Shown piece after piece: positions 39,097 to 48,613 of a stretch of 48,751 bases of DNA; positions within the stretch are counted from its first letter, which is position 1, and each line of letters begins with the position of its first letter. Position numbers and translations under genes: made by a program. The stretch is from Verrucomicrobiota bacterium (GTDB lineage Bacteria; Bacteroidota; Bacteroidia; Chitinophagales; UBA8649). The stretch is taken from assembly GCA_017853115.1 (NCBI GenBank), contig JAFMKE010000002.1, positions 1 through 48,751 on the forward strand. Direction: 5' to 3'. The notes below the pieces were generated by a model. That model worked only from the letters and a program-made list of their open reading frames with translations. It made no database searches and was not told the origin of the DNA.

Positions 39097-39813
39097 TTAT
39101 CGTCTACGCAGGAGAAGTAATAAAAGATACAAGAATTGAGCAACAGAGGCTAAAGCTGCGACGAAATAAGTCATCCCCGCCCATTTTAAAGCATCTCGAG
39201 CTCCTTCATATTCTTCTCCGCGACGGCCAGCTAAGCCACTGGAATCCAGGTAGACCATCGCTCGTTTGCTCGCGTCAAATTCCACAGGTAAAGTTACTAA
39301 AGAAAACACCATTATAGCGCCTTGAAGCACAACAGCTAACATCAGTAAATACCCGCCAAAGGATGTCGCTAACAGGAAAATAGCTCCCATCATGACATAC
39401 TGCAAATAACTCGCCGCAATACTAACTACAGGAACTAACTTACTTCGCATACCCAACCAGGCATAAGCCGTAGCATGTTGAACAGCATGGCCGCATTCAT
39501 GCGCAGCTACAGCGGCTGCAGCCACACTTCGACCCTGATAGACTTCAGGACTTAAATTAACTGTACGCGTCATTGGATTATAATGATCGGTCAGCTTCCC
39601 AGGCACCGATTGTATCGTTACATCATGAATGTTGTAATCGTTAAGCATTTTTTCGGCCACCTGAGCTCCCGTCAATCCTGAGGAAAGCGGCATCATCGAA
39701 TACTTCTTAAACTTTGCCTTTAATCGCGCAGACACTAATGAACCAATCAATCCGAAAGCCACAGATATAATCATTAACATGAAATAGGGGCTATTCATTA
39801 TTCCTTCTACCAT
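39097..39813 (-). CDS. membrane zinc metallopeptidase (YugP / Zn_peptidase_2-like)
   Basis: N-terminal TM, 'HECGHAVQH' HExxH motif and C-terminal TM helices. Length and layout match the putative neutral zinc metallopeptidase family. Confidence 0.8.
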   Translation of the reverse strand: MVEGIMNSPYFMLMIISVAFGLIGSLVSARLKAKFKKYSMMPLSSGLTGAQVAEKMLNDYNIHDVTIQSVPGKLTDHYNPMTRTVNLSPEVYQGRSVAAAAVAAHECGHAVQHATAYAWLGMRSKLVPVVSIAASYLQYVMMGAIFLLATSFGGYLLMLAVVLQGAIMVFSLVTLPVEFDASKRAMVYLDSSGLAGRRGEEYEGARDALKWAGMTYFVAALASVAQFLYLLLLLLRRR

Positions 39814-39864
39814 CTCAATACAATTTTATTCATTTTAAACAATTCCAAACAAACTTTACTTTAC

Positions 39865-40386
39865 TTACTCCTGCACCATATCAAAAAATGGCTTGCTGCT
39901 TAATCCCATGAATTTCGCCACCCATTTCGTGGGGAACATTTCTATGGCGTTATTGAAAACAATCACTTTAGCATTATACTGTTTTCTTGCCGTTGCAATC
40001 ACAAAATCCGCTTCGTTCATAGAATTTTGAATTTGCCTCAACGTATCATCCGCTTTGGTTTCTAGATAACGCGCCAAAACCAAGATTAATTCACCTACCG
40101 ACTGACTTAAATCATTTTCCGCAGCTAAACGCTGATCCACTGTCAAACTAGGATTCATGGCCTCCATTCTTCGATTGGTCACTTCCAACAGAAAGTCCTT
40201 TTCGTCTATATCTAGAGATTCAATTATTTTAATCCAATCGTGAACCAGATCATGTCGCTTCTTTAGTGCTATATCTATACTGGCAAAAGCCGATTCAACA
40301 TTGTTTTTCTTCTTAATTAAGCTATTGAGCATGGAAATCCAAGCCACTACCAGCACAAGTACTAAAGCTATTAATCCAAAAACCAT
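39865..40386 (-). CDS. lemA: LemA family protein
   Basis: N-terminal TM, then 'WISMLNSLIKKKNNVESAFASIDIALKKRHDLV…' and C-terminal 'YNAKVIVFNNAIEMFP…'. This is the canonical LemA pattern. Confidence 0.85.
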   Translation of the reverse strand: MVFGLIALVLVLVVAWISMLNSLIKKKNNVESAFASIDIALKKRHDLVHDWIKIIESLDIDEKDFLLEVTNRRMEAMNPSLTVDQRLAAENDLSQSVGELILVLARYLETKADDTLRQIQNSMNEADFVIATARKQYNAKVIVFNNAIEMFPTKWVAKFMGLSSKPFFDMVQE

Positions 40387-40414
40387 TTACGTTTTATTCG
40401 TTGTTCAAGTGAAA

Positions 40415-40855
40415 TTAATCTTTTTCTATAATAATCACTTGGCTATCTCCTTTATTTACGACCTTATTCTTCTTTGTGCCATTCCTCATTGCCTTGCTGA
40501 AGACGCTATTCATAATCGATAGAAGCATGCTAAACAAAAGCGCCCAAATGAAACTATCCGTAGTAAACCCGTCCATAAATTTGTCCGCAATCAATACGAT
40601 ACTCGCATTAATTATCAGAAGAAACAAACCCAATGTAATAACAGTTGCTGGTAGCGTCAAGAAAATTAGGATTGGACGAACTAAGCTGTTGAGTACACTC
40701 AGCATTAAGGCAATCAGCACAGCGTAAAAATAGTCGCCTTCAACATGTACACCGGGCAACAAATAAGCCAGGAGCATAATCGCTGCGGCAGAGCCTAAAG
40801 TTTTTAAAATAAATTGCATTTCTTCTTTGTTTTGCCGAATTAGGTCAAAAATCAT
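40415..40855 (-). CDS. DUF360 / holin-superfamily-IV-like four-TM membrane protein
   Basis: 'LLPGVHVEG…ALMLSVLNSLVRPILIFLTLPATVITLGLFLLIINA' matches the DUF360 (Phage_holin_4_2) core. An alternative ATG lies at 40819. Confidence 0.7.
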   Translation of the reverse strand: MIFDLIRQNKEEMQFILKTLGSAAAIMLLAYLLPGVHVEGDYFYAVLIALMLSVLNSLVRPILIFLTLPATVITLGLFLLIINASIVLIADKFMDGFTTDSFIWALLFSMLLSIMNSVFSKAMRNGTKKNKVVNKGDSQVIIIEKD

Positions 40856-40934
40856 TCTAATCGATTTTTTATGTCAAAATGGCACAATAAATAGAAATTA
40901 AAAATGAATATCTTCGTAAGGAAAGCTCTTAACT

Positions 40935-42281
40935 ATGAATCGAATTTGGCTAGCGCTTAAATTTTTTCTACGCGATCGTTTCAGTTTCGCAGAGGATCAA
41001 GACAATGAAACTGAAATCGTGGAAGCCATTGAAAAAGGCGTTCCCTTTCGGGGCGTCAATTTATGGATGCTCATTTTTGCGGTATTCATTGCCTCTGTAG
41101 GTTTGAATGTCAACTCAACCGCAGTAGTCATTGGAGCGATGTTGATTTCGCCACTTATGGGTCCAATAATGGGGCTTGGCTTGGGTGCAGGAATCAATGA
41201 TATTCAATTAATTAAGACGGCATCTCAAAACCTTCTCATCGCCGTGGTTTTCAGCGTTTTGACTTCTGCTATCTATTTTTACTTTACACCTTTGACTCAA
41301 GCGCAATCTGAACTTTTAGCCAGAACCTCCCCTACTTTTTGGGATGTGTTGATTGCTTTGTTTGGCGGACTTGCAGGCGTATTTGCAGGGTCAAGTAAAG
41401 AGAAAGGGAATGCGATTCCAGGTGTTGCTATTGCTACAGCCCTAATGCCTCCACTTTGCACCGCAGGTTATGGTTTAGCCATTGGTAATTTGAGTTTTTT
41501 CTTCGGCGCACTGTATTTGTTTTTTATAAACAGCGTGATGATTAGTGCATCTACTTTTGCCGTTGTTCGTTTCCTGAAATTCCGTCATGTAGAATACATG
41601 GATTCCGTGCGTGAAAGGAATGTTAAACGTATCATTTACGCCGTACTATTTTTGACAGTCGTTCCAAGCATCTATTTGGGGTATAACATTGTGCGTCAGT
41701 CTGGATTTGAAATCGATGCAAACACCTTCCTTAAAAATGAGTTCTCGAATGAAAACTATTACGTGGTAAACAAACAATTCGAATACCGCAATCGAAAAGA
41801 AAACGCAATAACTGTATATATCGGTGGATACATGGACTCACTGGAGATTGAAGAGAAAGAAGCCGCTTTGGAAAAATATAATTTACAACATGTTGAACTT
41901 ATCATTAAACAGGGAACGCAACTTGATGAGTTTTTGGAAGCGGAACAAAATGAAATGGACCAATTAAATTTGGCTCATGCCAAGGAAATGAACATGAAAG
42001 ATTCGACGATAGCTATGCTGAAGGAAGAAATATCATACAACCATCAAGCCTATTATTCCGCAGATAGACTACTCAAGGAGTTGGATATTTTCTACCCCAA
42101 TGTAAAAGCCATGTCGATTAGCGAAGGCGTAATCTATTCAGAAGAAGATTCTATTCCACAAGCGAGCATGATGGTTTTCCTTGACTATGACAGGCAACTG
42201 AGTGGTGGAGACTATACACGTATTGAGAACTGGCTAAAAACTCGTTTGAAAGCAGATAATGTAAAAATTGTACAACAATAA
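40935..42281 (+). CDS. DUF389 domain membrane protein with a ~200-aa soluble C-terminal extension
   Basis: 'GAMLISPLMGPIMGLGLG', 'IPGVAIATALMPPLCTAGYGLA' DUF389 motifs, and a hydrophilic coiled-coil-like C-terminal region. Confidence 0.75.
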   Translation: MNRIWLALKFFLRDRFSFAEDQDNETEIVEAIEKGVPFRGVNLWMLIFAVFIASVGLNVNSTAVVIGAMLISPLMGPIMGLGLGAGINDIQLIKTASQNLLIAVVFSVLTSAIYFYFTPLTQAQSELLARTSPTFWDVLIALFGGLAGVFAGSSKEKGNAIPGVAIATALMPPLCTAGYGLAIGNLSFFFGALYLFFINSVMISASTFAVVRFLKFRHVEYMDSVRERNVKRIIYAVLFLTVVPSIYLGYNIVRQSGFEIDANTFLKNEFSNENYYVVNKQFEYRNRKENAITVYIGGYMDSLEIEEKEAALEKYNLQHVELIIKQGTQLDEFLEAEQNEMDQLNLAHAKEMNMKDSTIAMLKEEISYNHQAYYSADRLLKELDIFYPNVKAMSISEGVIYSEEDSIPQASMMVFLDYDRQLSGGDYTRIENWLKTRLKADNVKIVQQ

Positions 42282-42409
42282 ATTTTCGATTGAGACAAGA
42301 GGAAGGCAAATCTCAACGACTGACAAATCACAATCAATACATATCCACATTCACTAAGTTTAGTGCCTCATTGCTCGTTTTCAACCTTGATGTTTTTTAG
42401 CTTTACATT

Positions 42410-44581
42410 ATGGATAATCAGGAAGCGTTTTACGCCGAAGAATTTGCTTTATACACCTCTCAATCGTTTTTCCTGACAGGAAAAGCAGGGACCGGCAAAA
42501 CCACTTTACTGAAAAAAATCCTTACACAAACAGACAAAAATGTAGTGGTCGTGGCTCCAACCGGCGTAGCAGCAATCAATGCGGGAGGAGTTACCATTCA
42601 CTCTATGTTTGGCCTGCCATTAACCTCCTTCATTCCCAATAATGATTTTGTTGATCTCAACATCGCTAACAATCGTAGCTCACTCAAAAAACATATGCGC
42701 TTTCGTAAAGAGAAACGCAAACTCCTTCAAGAACTCGACCTTTTAATTATCGATGAAATTAGTATGGTTCGAGCTGACTTGCTCGATGCTATCGATTTTA
42801 TTTTACAAGAAGTGCGGCACAACAGAGAGCCCTTCGGTGGTTTACAAGTTATATTCATCGGTGATTTATATCAGCTTCCTCCAGTGGTGAAAGAGCACAG
42901 TTGGCAAATTCTCCGAGAATACTATGAAAGCCCTTTCTTTTTCGATAGTTATGCCTGGAAAAACTCCAATGCCTTTACCATCGAATTGGAACACATTTAC
43001 CGGCAAGATGATGAAGAATTTATAGCAATTCTAAACCAAATCAGGCATGGAGAAGTTGAAGAGGAGGAGCTCCTTCGTTTAAATGAACGCTATCAAGCTC
43101 ATGCCCCTGGATCGAAGCAGGATTATATTACCCTTTGCACACACAACTACCAGGCTGATAAGATCAATAAGAATGAACTGGAAAAACTACCTTCAAGTAG
43201 TCGGGTCTTCAAAGCCAAAATTGAGGGTTCATTTAATGAAAATGCCTTTCCTGCCGACCTTGATGTGGAGATAAAAGTTGGCGCACAAATCATGTTTATT
43301 CGAAATGATGCAGAGGACCAAATGTATTACAATGGCAAACTGGCTATTGTTGAGCACCTAACAAGCGATTCAATTAAAGTAAGTTTTATCGAAAACGGAG
43401 AGTCCTATACACTCAAGGAAGAAACATGGGAAAATATCAACTATACTTTAGATAAAGAGACCAATGAAGTCAAAGAAGAAAAGCTCGGTAGCTTTACCCA
43501 ATATCCTATCCGGCTTGCTTGGGCAATAACCATTCATAAAAGCCAAGGTTTAACCTTTAAAAGGGCCATCATTGATTTAGGTAAATCCTTTGTTGCTGGC
43601 CAAGCCTATGTAGCCTTAAGTCGGTGTACCGATTTAGAGGGGCTAATTCTCAAATCACAAGTTACTCCGAAAAATATATTTATCGACGAACGCATCATCG
43701 GCTTTCATCGAGAAAACAAGCAGCAAGGCAATTTCGAGCAGGCCTTAACATTTGCCAAAGAAGAATATGCCCAGCGTCAGCTATTGAAAGCCTTCACATT
43801 TATTGCTTTTAGAGAAGAAATTTTGGACTGGAAAGAGATGATTGCCGAAAAAGATTTACCTGAAAAAGATAAATGTCTTTTAGTGTATAAAGATGCTCAT
43901 CACACCTGGTTAAATATCCAAGATGTTGAAGCTAAGTTTAAATCACAGTTAAGAAAAATCCTTCGAACGTTTCAAGCCGAAAAGGATACACCAATGCTTA
44001 TCGATCGCTGTGGGAAGGCCATTCATTATTTCACGGAAGAAATTTTCCATAAGCTCATTATTCCGCTAAATGCACACATCAACGAGTTTGCATTCAAATC
44101 AAAGACAAAGGCATACATCAAGTTTTGCAAAGAAATGCTCAATGTTTATTGGTTAAAAATGCACCAATTGTATCAGCTTAAGTATATCGATACGCCCTGT
44201 TACGGCGCAGCCAACACCCACAGCACAGAAGAGCTTCCTAATGTAGACAAAATCGTGGCAAGCAGTCAAAAGAAAGGGGCTACCTATGAAATTACCTTGG
44301 AGATGTTTAACAATGGTGATTCTGTTAAGGAAATCGCTACCCAAAGAGGAATGGCAGAGAGCACGATTGAACAACACATTACTAAGTGGATACTGAAGGG
44401 AAGAATAAAAATAACTTCGGTAATGGCAGAAGAACGAGTAGAAAAAATATTAAAGTACTTAAACAAGCAAGAAGCCATCTCCATCGCACGACTTAAAGAA
44501 GACATTCCCTTTGAAACGAGCTTTGCCGAATTACGGCATGTACTTGCCCACAGTGAGTGGATTAAAAAACGGCAACCCTAA
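42410..44581 (+). CDS. Pif1/RecD-like SF1B helicase with a C-terminal helix-turn-helix domain
   Basis: Walker A 'GKAGTGKT', Walker B 'IIDEISMV', 'GDLYQLPPV', 'AITIHKSQGLTF', 'YVALSRC'. The C-terminal 'VKEIATQRGMAESTIEQHITKW' is HTH-like. Confidence 0.85.
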   Translation: MDNQEAFYAEEFALYTSQSFFLTGKAGTGKTTLLKKILTQTDKNVVVVAPTGVAAINAGGVTIHSMFGLPLTSFIPNNDFVDLNIANNRSSLKKHMRFRKEKRKLLQELDLLIIDEISMVRADLLDAIDFILQEVRHNREPFGGLQVIFIGDLYQLPPVVKEHSWQILREYYESPFFFDSYAWKNSNAFTIELEHIYRQDDEEFIAILNQIRHGEVEEEELLRLNERYQAHAPGSKQDYITLCTHNYQADKINKNELEKLPSSSRVFKAKIEGSFNENAFPADLDVEIKVGAQIMFIRNDAEDQMYYNGKLAIVEHLTSDSIKVSFIENGESYTLKEETWENINYTLDKETNEVKEEKLGSFTQYPIRLAWAITIHKSQGLTFKRAIIDLGKSFVAGQAYVALSRCTDLEGLILKSQVTPKNIFIDERIIGFHRENKQQGNFEQALTFAKEEYAQRQLLKAFTFIAFREEILDWKEMIAEKDLPEKDKCLLVYKDAHHTWLNIQDVEAKFKSQLRKILRTFQAEKDTPMLIDRCGKAIHYFTEEIFHKLIIPLNAHINEFAFKSKTKAYIKFCKEMLNVYWLKMHQLYQLKYIDTPCYGAANTHSTEELPNVDKIVASSQKKGATYEITLEMFNNGDSVKEIATQRGMAESTIEQHITKWILKGRIKITSVMAEERVEKILKYLNKQEAISIARLKEDIPFETSFAELRHVLAHSEWIKKRQP

Positions 44582-44632
44582 GTCTTTTTCATTGAAGAAA
44601 AGCTACTTTTGTTTGAACGAATAATACCTATC

Positions 44633-44965
44633 ATGAAACACTTTACAATCTCACTTTTAGCTTTAACTGCTTTACTTTTTAGCTGTAAATCGAGTGAGCA
44701 AACCGTTAAGTCGCAAGCAAGCATGGTTACCGAACAATGGATCATTGCCAATCTGAAAGCTCCATGCGATGATACCCGAGAAAACTACTGTTATCGAGTT
44801 AAGCGAAACGGTGCTTCCGAATACGAATTGATGGATGTAGAGATTGAAAACTTCAACTATGAAGAGAACCATAAGTACCAGATCGAGGTTAACATAGTAA
44901 GATCTAAAAAAGGAGAAACAAGCTATATCTTTAAAAAGGAAATATTTAAGGTACAGCACTACTAA
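44633..44965 (+). CDS. small lipoprotein, function unknown (pattern reminiscent of DUF4377)
   Basis: Lipobox 'LLFSCKS'. 'CDDTRENYCYRVK…IENFNYEENHKYQIEV' pattern. ATG 44633 preferred over the track TTG at 44609. Confidence 0.5.
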   Translation: MKHFTISLLALTALLFSCKSSEQTVKSQASMVTEQWIIANLKAPCDDTRENYCYRVKRNGASEYELMDVEIENFNYEENHKYQIEVNIVRSKKGETSYIFKKEIFKVQHY

Positions 44966-44977
44966 TTCTAAGCCAAT

Positions 44978-45739
44978 ATGAAAATAGTTTCATTTAATGT
45001 TAATGGCATTCGAGCCATCATGAAAAAAGAATTCACTTCCAGCGTGGACGCATTGAATCCTGATATTTTATGTTTGCAAGAAACCAAGGCCCAAGATCTT
45101 CAGGTAGAAGAAGCGCTAGCAAGCATTAATGGATTTCATTTAAGTGCAAACTCAGCCACGAAGAAAGGGTATTCAGGCACAGCTATCTTAAGCAAAGTGA
45201 AGCCATTATCCATTCAAAATGACATGGGCATTGCGAAGCACGACGAGGAAGGACGCGTGATTTGTGCAGAATTTGAGGATTTTTATTTGGTCAATGTTTA
45301 TGTACCAAATTCAGGAAGTGACTTAAAAAGATTAAGCTATCGGCAGGAATGGGACAAGGATTTCAATGCCTATTTAAAAGAACTGGAGAAAACTAAACCC
45401 GTTGTGGTGTGCGGTGACTTTAACGTGGCTCATCGAGATATTGATTTAGCTAACCCAAAGCCAAACTACAATAAAAGTGCAGGGTATATGCAAGAAGAAA
45501 TCGATGGAATGAATGCATATTTGGGGAATGGATTCGTAGATACCTTTCGTCATTTTCATCCCGAGCAGGTCAAATATTCCTGGTGGAGTTACCGAGCGGG
45601 AGCACGCGAACGAAATGTAGGTTGGCGGATTGATTACTTTTTAGTATCCGAAGCTTTTCTCCCTCATGTGAGTAATGCAGAGATACATAATGAAATTATG
45701 GGATCGGACCATTGTCCGGTTTCAATAAATGTAAAATAA
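44978..45739 (+). CDS. xth: exodeoxyribonuclease III
   Basis: 'MKIVSFNVNGIRA', 'LCLQETK', 'VCGDFNVAH', 'WRIDYFL', 'GSDHCPV'. Full set of ExoIII/APE1 motifs. Confidence 0.93.
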   Translation: MKIVSFNVNGIRAIMKKEFTSSVDALNPDILCLQETKAQDLQVEEALASINGFHLSANSATKKGYSGTAILSKVKPLSIQNDMGIAKHDEEGRVICAEFEDFYLVNVYVPNSGSDLKRLSYRQEWDKDFNAYLKELEKTKPVVVCGDFNVAHRDIDLANPKPNYNKSAGYMQEEIDGMNAYLGNGFVDTFRHFHPEQVKYSWWSYRAGARERNVGWRIDYFLVSEAFLPHVSNAEIHNEIMGSDHCPVSINVK

Positions 45740-45787
45740 AATTGTAGTGCAATAAGTTAAACGCAAATTGAGTGCGCTTAGCTAAAA

Positions 45788-45795
45788 TAGCTTTG
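45788..45795 (+). promoter_or_regulatory. candidate -7 promoter box for recA (TAGCTTTG)
   Basis: Exact TAnnTTTG match 31 nt upstream of the recA ATG, with a TTG about 17 nt further upstream as a possible -33 element. Confidence 0.5.
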
Positions 45796-45825
45796 TACTA
45801 CATTAAATAAATAAAACATAAGAAT

Positions 45826-46857
45826 ATGGCTGCAAATGAAAAAGAAAAAGCGCTCAAGTTAACGCTTGATAAATTAGACAAAGCATACGGAAAAGGAGCC
45901 GTTATGCGTTTAGGCGATTCGAAAGTCGTAGATGTTGAAACCATTTCAACGGGATCTATAACTTTAGATGCTGCCTTGGGCATCGGTGGATTGCCAACCG
46001 GAAGAGTGGTTGAAATTTATGGCCCAGAATCTTCGGGTAAAACAACTCTTACCCTACATGCAATAGCAGAAGCACAAAAGAAAGGCGGTATTGCTGCCTT
46101 TATAGATGCCGAGCATGCATTTGATAAAACTTATGCAAAAAAGTTGGGTGTAAACGTTGAGGAGTTGCTAATCGCTCAACCAGATGATGGAGAACAAGCC
46201 TTGGATATCGCCGAACATTTGATTCGATCAGGAGCTATTGATATATGCGTAATTGACTCGGTTGCCGCTTTGGTGCCACGAAGTGAACTAGAGGGCGATA
46301 TGGGTGATTCAAAGATGGGCTTACAAGCACGATTGATGTCTCAGGCTATGCGTAAATTAACTGGTGCGATTAACAAAACTGGTTGTTGCTGTATTTTTAT
46401 TAATCAGTTGCGTGATAAGATTGGCGTTATGTTTGGAAACCCAGAAACCACAACGGGTGGAAATGCCTTGAAATTCTACTCTTCTGTTCGTTTAGATATC
46501 CGTCGTATTGGAGCGATTAAAGACAAAGAAGATATATTAGGTAACCGCACACGGGTTAAAGTAGTTAAAAACAAAATGGCTCCTCCGTTCAGAAAAGCCG
46601 AATTCGACATCATGTATGGCGAGGGCATTTCTAAGTTAGGTGAAATCATCGACTTGGGTGTTGATTTGGATATTTTGAACAAAAGTGGTTCTTGGTACAG
46701 CTATGGCGACACCAAACTTGGTCAAGGACGTGAATCAGTAAAAGAATTACTGCGCGACAATCCTGAATTGGCTGAAGAGATTGAAGCGAAGATTAGAGGC
46801 ATGATTGTCGATAGTGAAATTTTGCAGGATACACCAACCACTGAAGACGAAGATTAA
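45826..46857 (+). CDS. recA: recombinase RecA
   Basis: '[13 protein letters not shown]' Walker A, 'AFIDAEHA', 'IDSVAAL', L1/L2 loops ('[28 protein letters not shown]'). Confidence 0.97.
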   Translation: MAANEKEKALKLTLDKLDKAYGKGAVMRLGDSKVVDVETISTGSITLDAALGIGGLPTGRVVEIYGPESSGKTTLTLHAIAEAQKKGGIAAFIDAEHAFDKTYAKKLGVNVEELLIAQPDDGEQALDIAEHLIRSGAIDICVIDSVAALVPRSELEGDMGDSKMGLQARLMSQAMRKLTGAINKTGCCCIFINQLRDKIGVMFGNPETTTGGNALKFYSSVRLDIRRIGAIKDKEDILGNRTRVKVVKNKMAPPFRKAEFDIMYGEGISKLGEIIDLGVDLDILNKSGSWYSYGDTKLGQGRESVKELLRDNPELAEEIEAKIRGMIVDSEILQDTPTTEDED

Positions 46858-46865
46858 GAAAATTA

Positions 46866-46895
46866 AATAATCCCGGCTTTTTGGTCGGGATTATT
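46866..46895 (+). terminator. strong hairpin / probable terminator after recA
   Basis: AATAATCCCGGC-tttttg-GTCGGGATTATT. The stem is 12 bp including one G-U, the loop is 6 nt, and a short T-rich stretch follows. Confidence 0.6.
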
Positions 46896-46945
46896 GTTTC
46901 TGATAGAACTCATGTGGAATAAACCAAATTAATTATATTCAACCT

Positions 46946-48613
46946 ATGAGAAACCTATTATCCATTTTTACAATCAGCTTCCTTTTTACTTTTGCTAACG
47001 CTCAATGGGTCAGCGACCCCAGTATTAATACACCTGTTTGCACAGAAACATATAAACAAAAAGAACAACGCCTTGAAAGCGATGGAAATGGCGGAGCATT
47101 TGTTGTTTGGCGTGATTGGCGCAATGGGGGCATTTCTGGAGATATATACGTTCAACGATTAGACGCGGATGGCAATACGCTTTGGTCAAACAATGGTAAT
47201 GTTATCTGCAATGATCTCGCAGATGAAGCAGCCCCGGCTATTACAACCGATGAAAAAGATGGAGTTATAATCGCTTGGTCTGATGAACGAAATGTAGAAA
47301 GAGATATTTATGCACAACGTATAGGCCCTAATGGAAATATACTTTGGTCAATTAACGGCGTCCCTGTTGCAGATAAAGCTAATCGAGAACACAGTGAAAA
47401 AATAATCTCGGATGATATTGGCGGAGCCATTATCGTATGGGAAGAAGAGCAACTTAACGGCACATGGGATATTTGGGCACAACGAATTGATAGCACCGGT
47501 CAAATCGTTTGGCAAGCTGGAGGGATTCCCTTTTTTACGGTAAGTGGCAATCGAATTAATCATAAAATACAGCGTGATGGTGAAGGTGGTGTTATCATGA
47601 CTTGCCAAGACGAGAGAAATGGAGATTTCGACATTTATGCTCAACGATTAGATAGCGATGGGAATCGTTTATGGGGCAATGAAGGTGTTATTATTTGCAA
47701 CGCTCAGGGAGTCCAAAGCAACCCAAAAATTGACCCTGAAAAGGAAAAAGACGGCGTATATGTTTCATGGACAGATAAAAGAAATGGCGCCGATTACGAC
47801 ATCTATGCAAACAAGGTGGATTCTAATGGAGTCGTTTATTGGGGAAATGGAAAGGTAATTTGTGATGCTCAAGGAAACCAAAGTGCTATTGATATATTAA
47901 GCAATAATAAGACGCAAGGATTAATCGTGAGTTGGAAGGATAATCGAAGCGGGGATTATGATATTTATGCCCAAAAATTAACCCCGGAAGGAGATGCTGT
48001 CTGGTCAAATAATGGTATAGCTGTTTGCGACGCTTCAGGAGACCAACTCAATCCCAATATCATAAGCGATAAGGCAGGAGGAGCTATTTTAGTGTGGCAA
48101 GATGGTCGTTCTGGAGAGTTTGATATATATAGCCAAAGAATAAGTAAATTGGGAATTCTACAATGGCAGACACAAGGAGAGCCTGTTTGTACGGCTCAAG
48201 GCGATCAATTCAGTCCAAAAAATATTCCTGATAATAAAGGCGGCTCAATTTATGTATGGGAAGATAAACGTGGCGGTGTGAGCAAGGATATTTATGTCCA
48301 TCATTTGTTGTTTGAGGATACCGCTTCAACCACCATTAAAGAACTAAACGCAATCAGCGAAGTACGAGTTTTAACCAATCCATTTAATGAAATTATCTCA
48401 TTTAGTGTCACCTTGAGTGCAGAAATGGAATTAGATATCAGCTTGCAAAATGTGTTGGGACAAGTTCTATTAAGTGACAGTAAGTCATTAAAGAAAGGCA
48501 GTCACATAGTAAGTTTACCAACTCGAGTATACCTTAATCCAGCAGGTATTTACTTTTTACAATTAAGTTCAGATAATCACTCATCTACATTTGTACTACA
48601 GTATAAAGAATAG
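46946..48613 (+). CDS. T9SS cargo: eight-repeat beta-propeller-like protein with a C-terminal sorting domain
   Basis: Signal peptide (…FTFANAQ). Eight ~55-aa repeats anchored on 'DIYAQR'. The C-terminal ~90 aa ('LTNPFNEIISFSV…GIYFLQLSS…FVLQYKE') look like a type-A T9SS sorting domain. Confidence 0.75.
   Translation: MRNLLSIFTISFLFTFANAQWVSDPSINTPVCTETYKQKEQRLESDGNGGAFVVWRDWRNGGISGDIYVQRLDADGNTLWSNNGNVICNDLADEAAPAITTDEKDGVIIAWSDERNVERDIYAQRIGPNGNILWSINGVPVADKANREHSEKIISDDIGGAIIVWEEEQLNGTWDIWAQRIDSTGQIVWQAGGIPFFTVSGNRINHKIQRDGEGGVIMTCQDERNGDFDIYAQRLDSDGNRLWGNEGVIICNAQGVQSNPKIDPEKEKDGVYVSWTDKRNGADYDIYANKVDSNGVVYWGNGKVICDAQGNQSAIDILSNNKTQGLIVSWKDNRSGDYDIYAQKLTPEGDAVWSNNGIAVCDASGDQLNPNIISDKAGGAILVWQDGRSGEFDIYSQRISKLGILQWQTQGEPVCTAQGDQFSPKNIPDNKGGSIYVWEDKRGGVSKDIYVHHLLFEDTASTTIKELNAISEVRVLTNPFNEIISFSVTLSAEMELDISLQNVLGQVLLSDSKSLKKGSHIVSLPTRVYLNPAGIYFLQLSSDNHSSTFVLQYKE
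47078..48310 (+). repeat. eight tandem ~54-56-aa protein repeats (consensus G-G-x-I-V-x-W-x-D-x-R-x-G-x-x-DIYAQR-L-x-x-x-G-x-x-x-W-x-x-x-G-x-x-V-C)
   Basis: The D-I-Y/W anchors fall at residues 66, 120, 175, 229, 285, 339, 393 and 448, giving spacings of 54, 55, 54, 56, 54, 54 and 55. Confidence 0.75.

Noticed and set aside
39865-40855. Possibility that the 'phage holin family' DUF360 protein plus LemA marks a prophage lysis cassette.
   Set aside because: No endolysin, spanin, capsid, terminase, integrase or att-like repeats are anywhere nearby. DUF360 proteins are common chromosomal membrane proteins. I kept the genes only as part of the envelope-cluster hypothesis.
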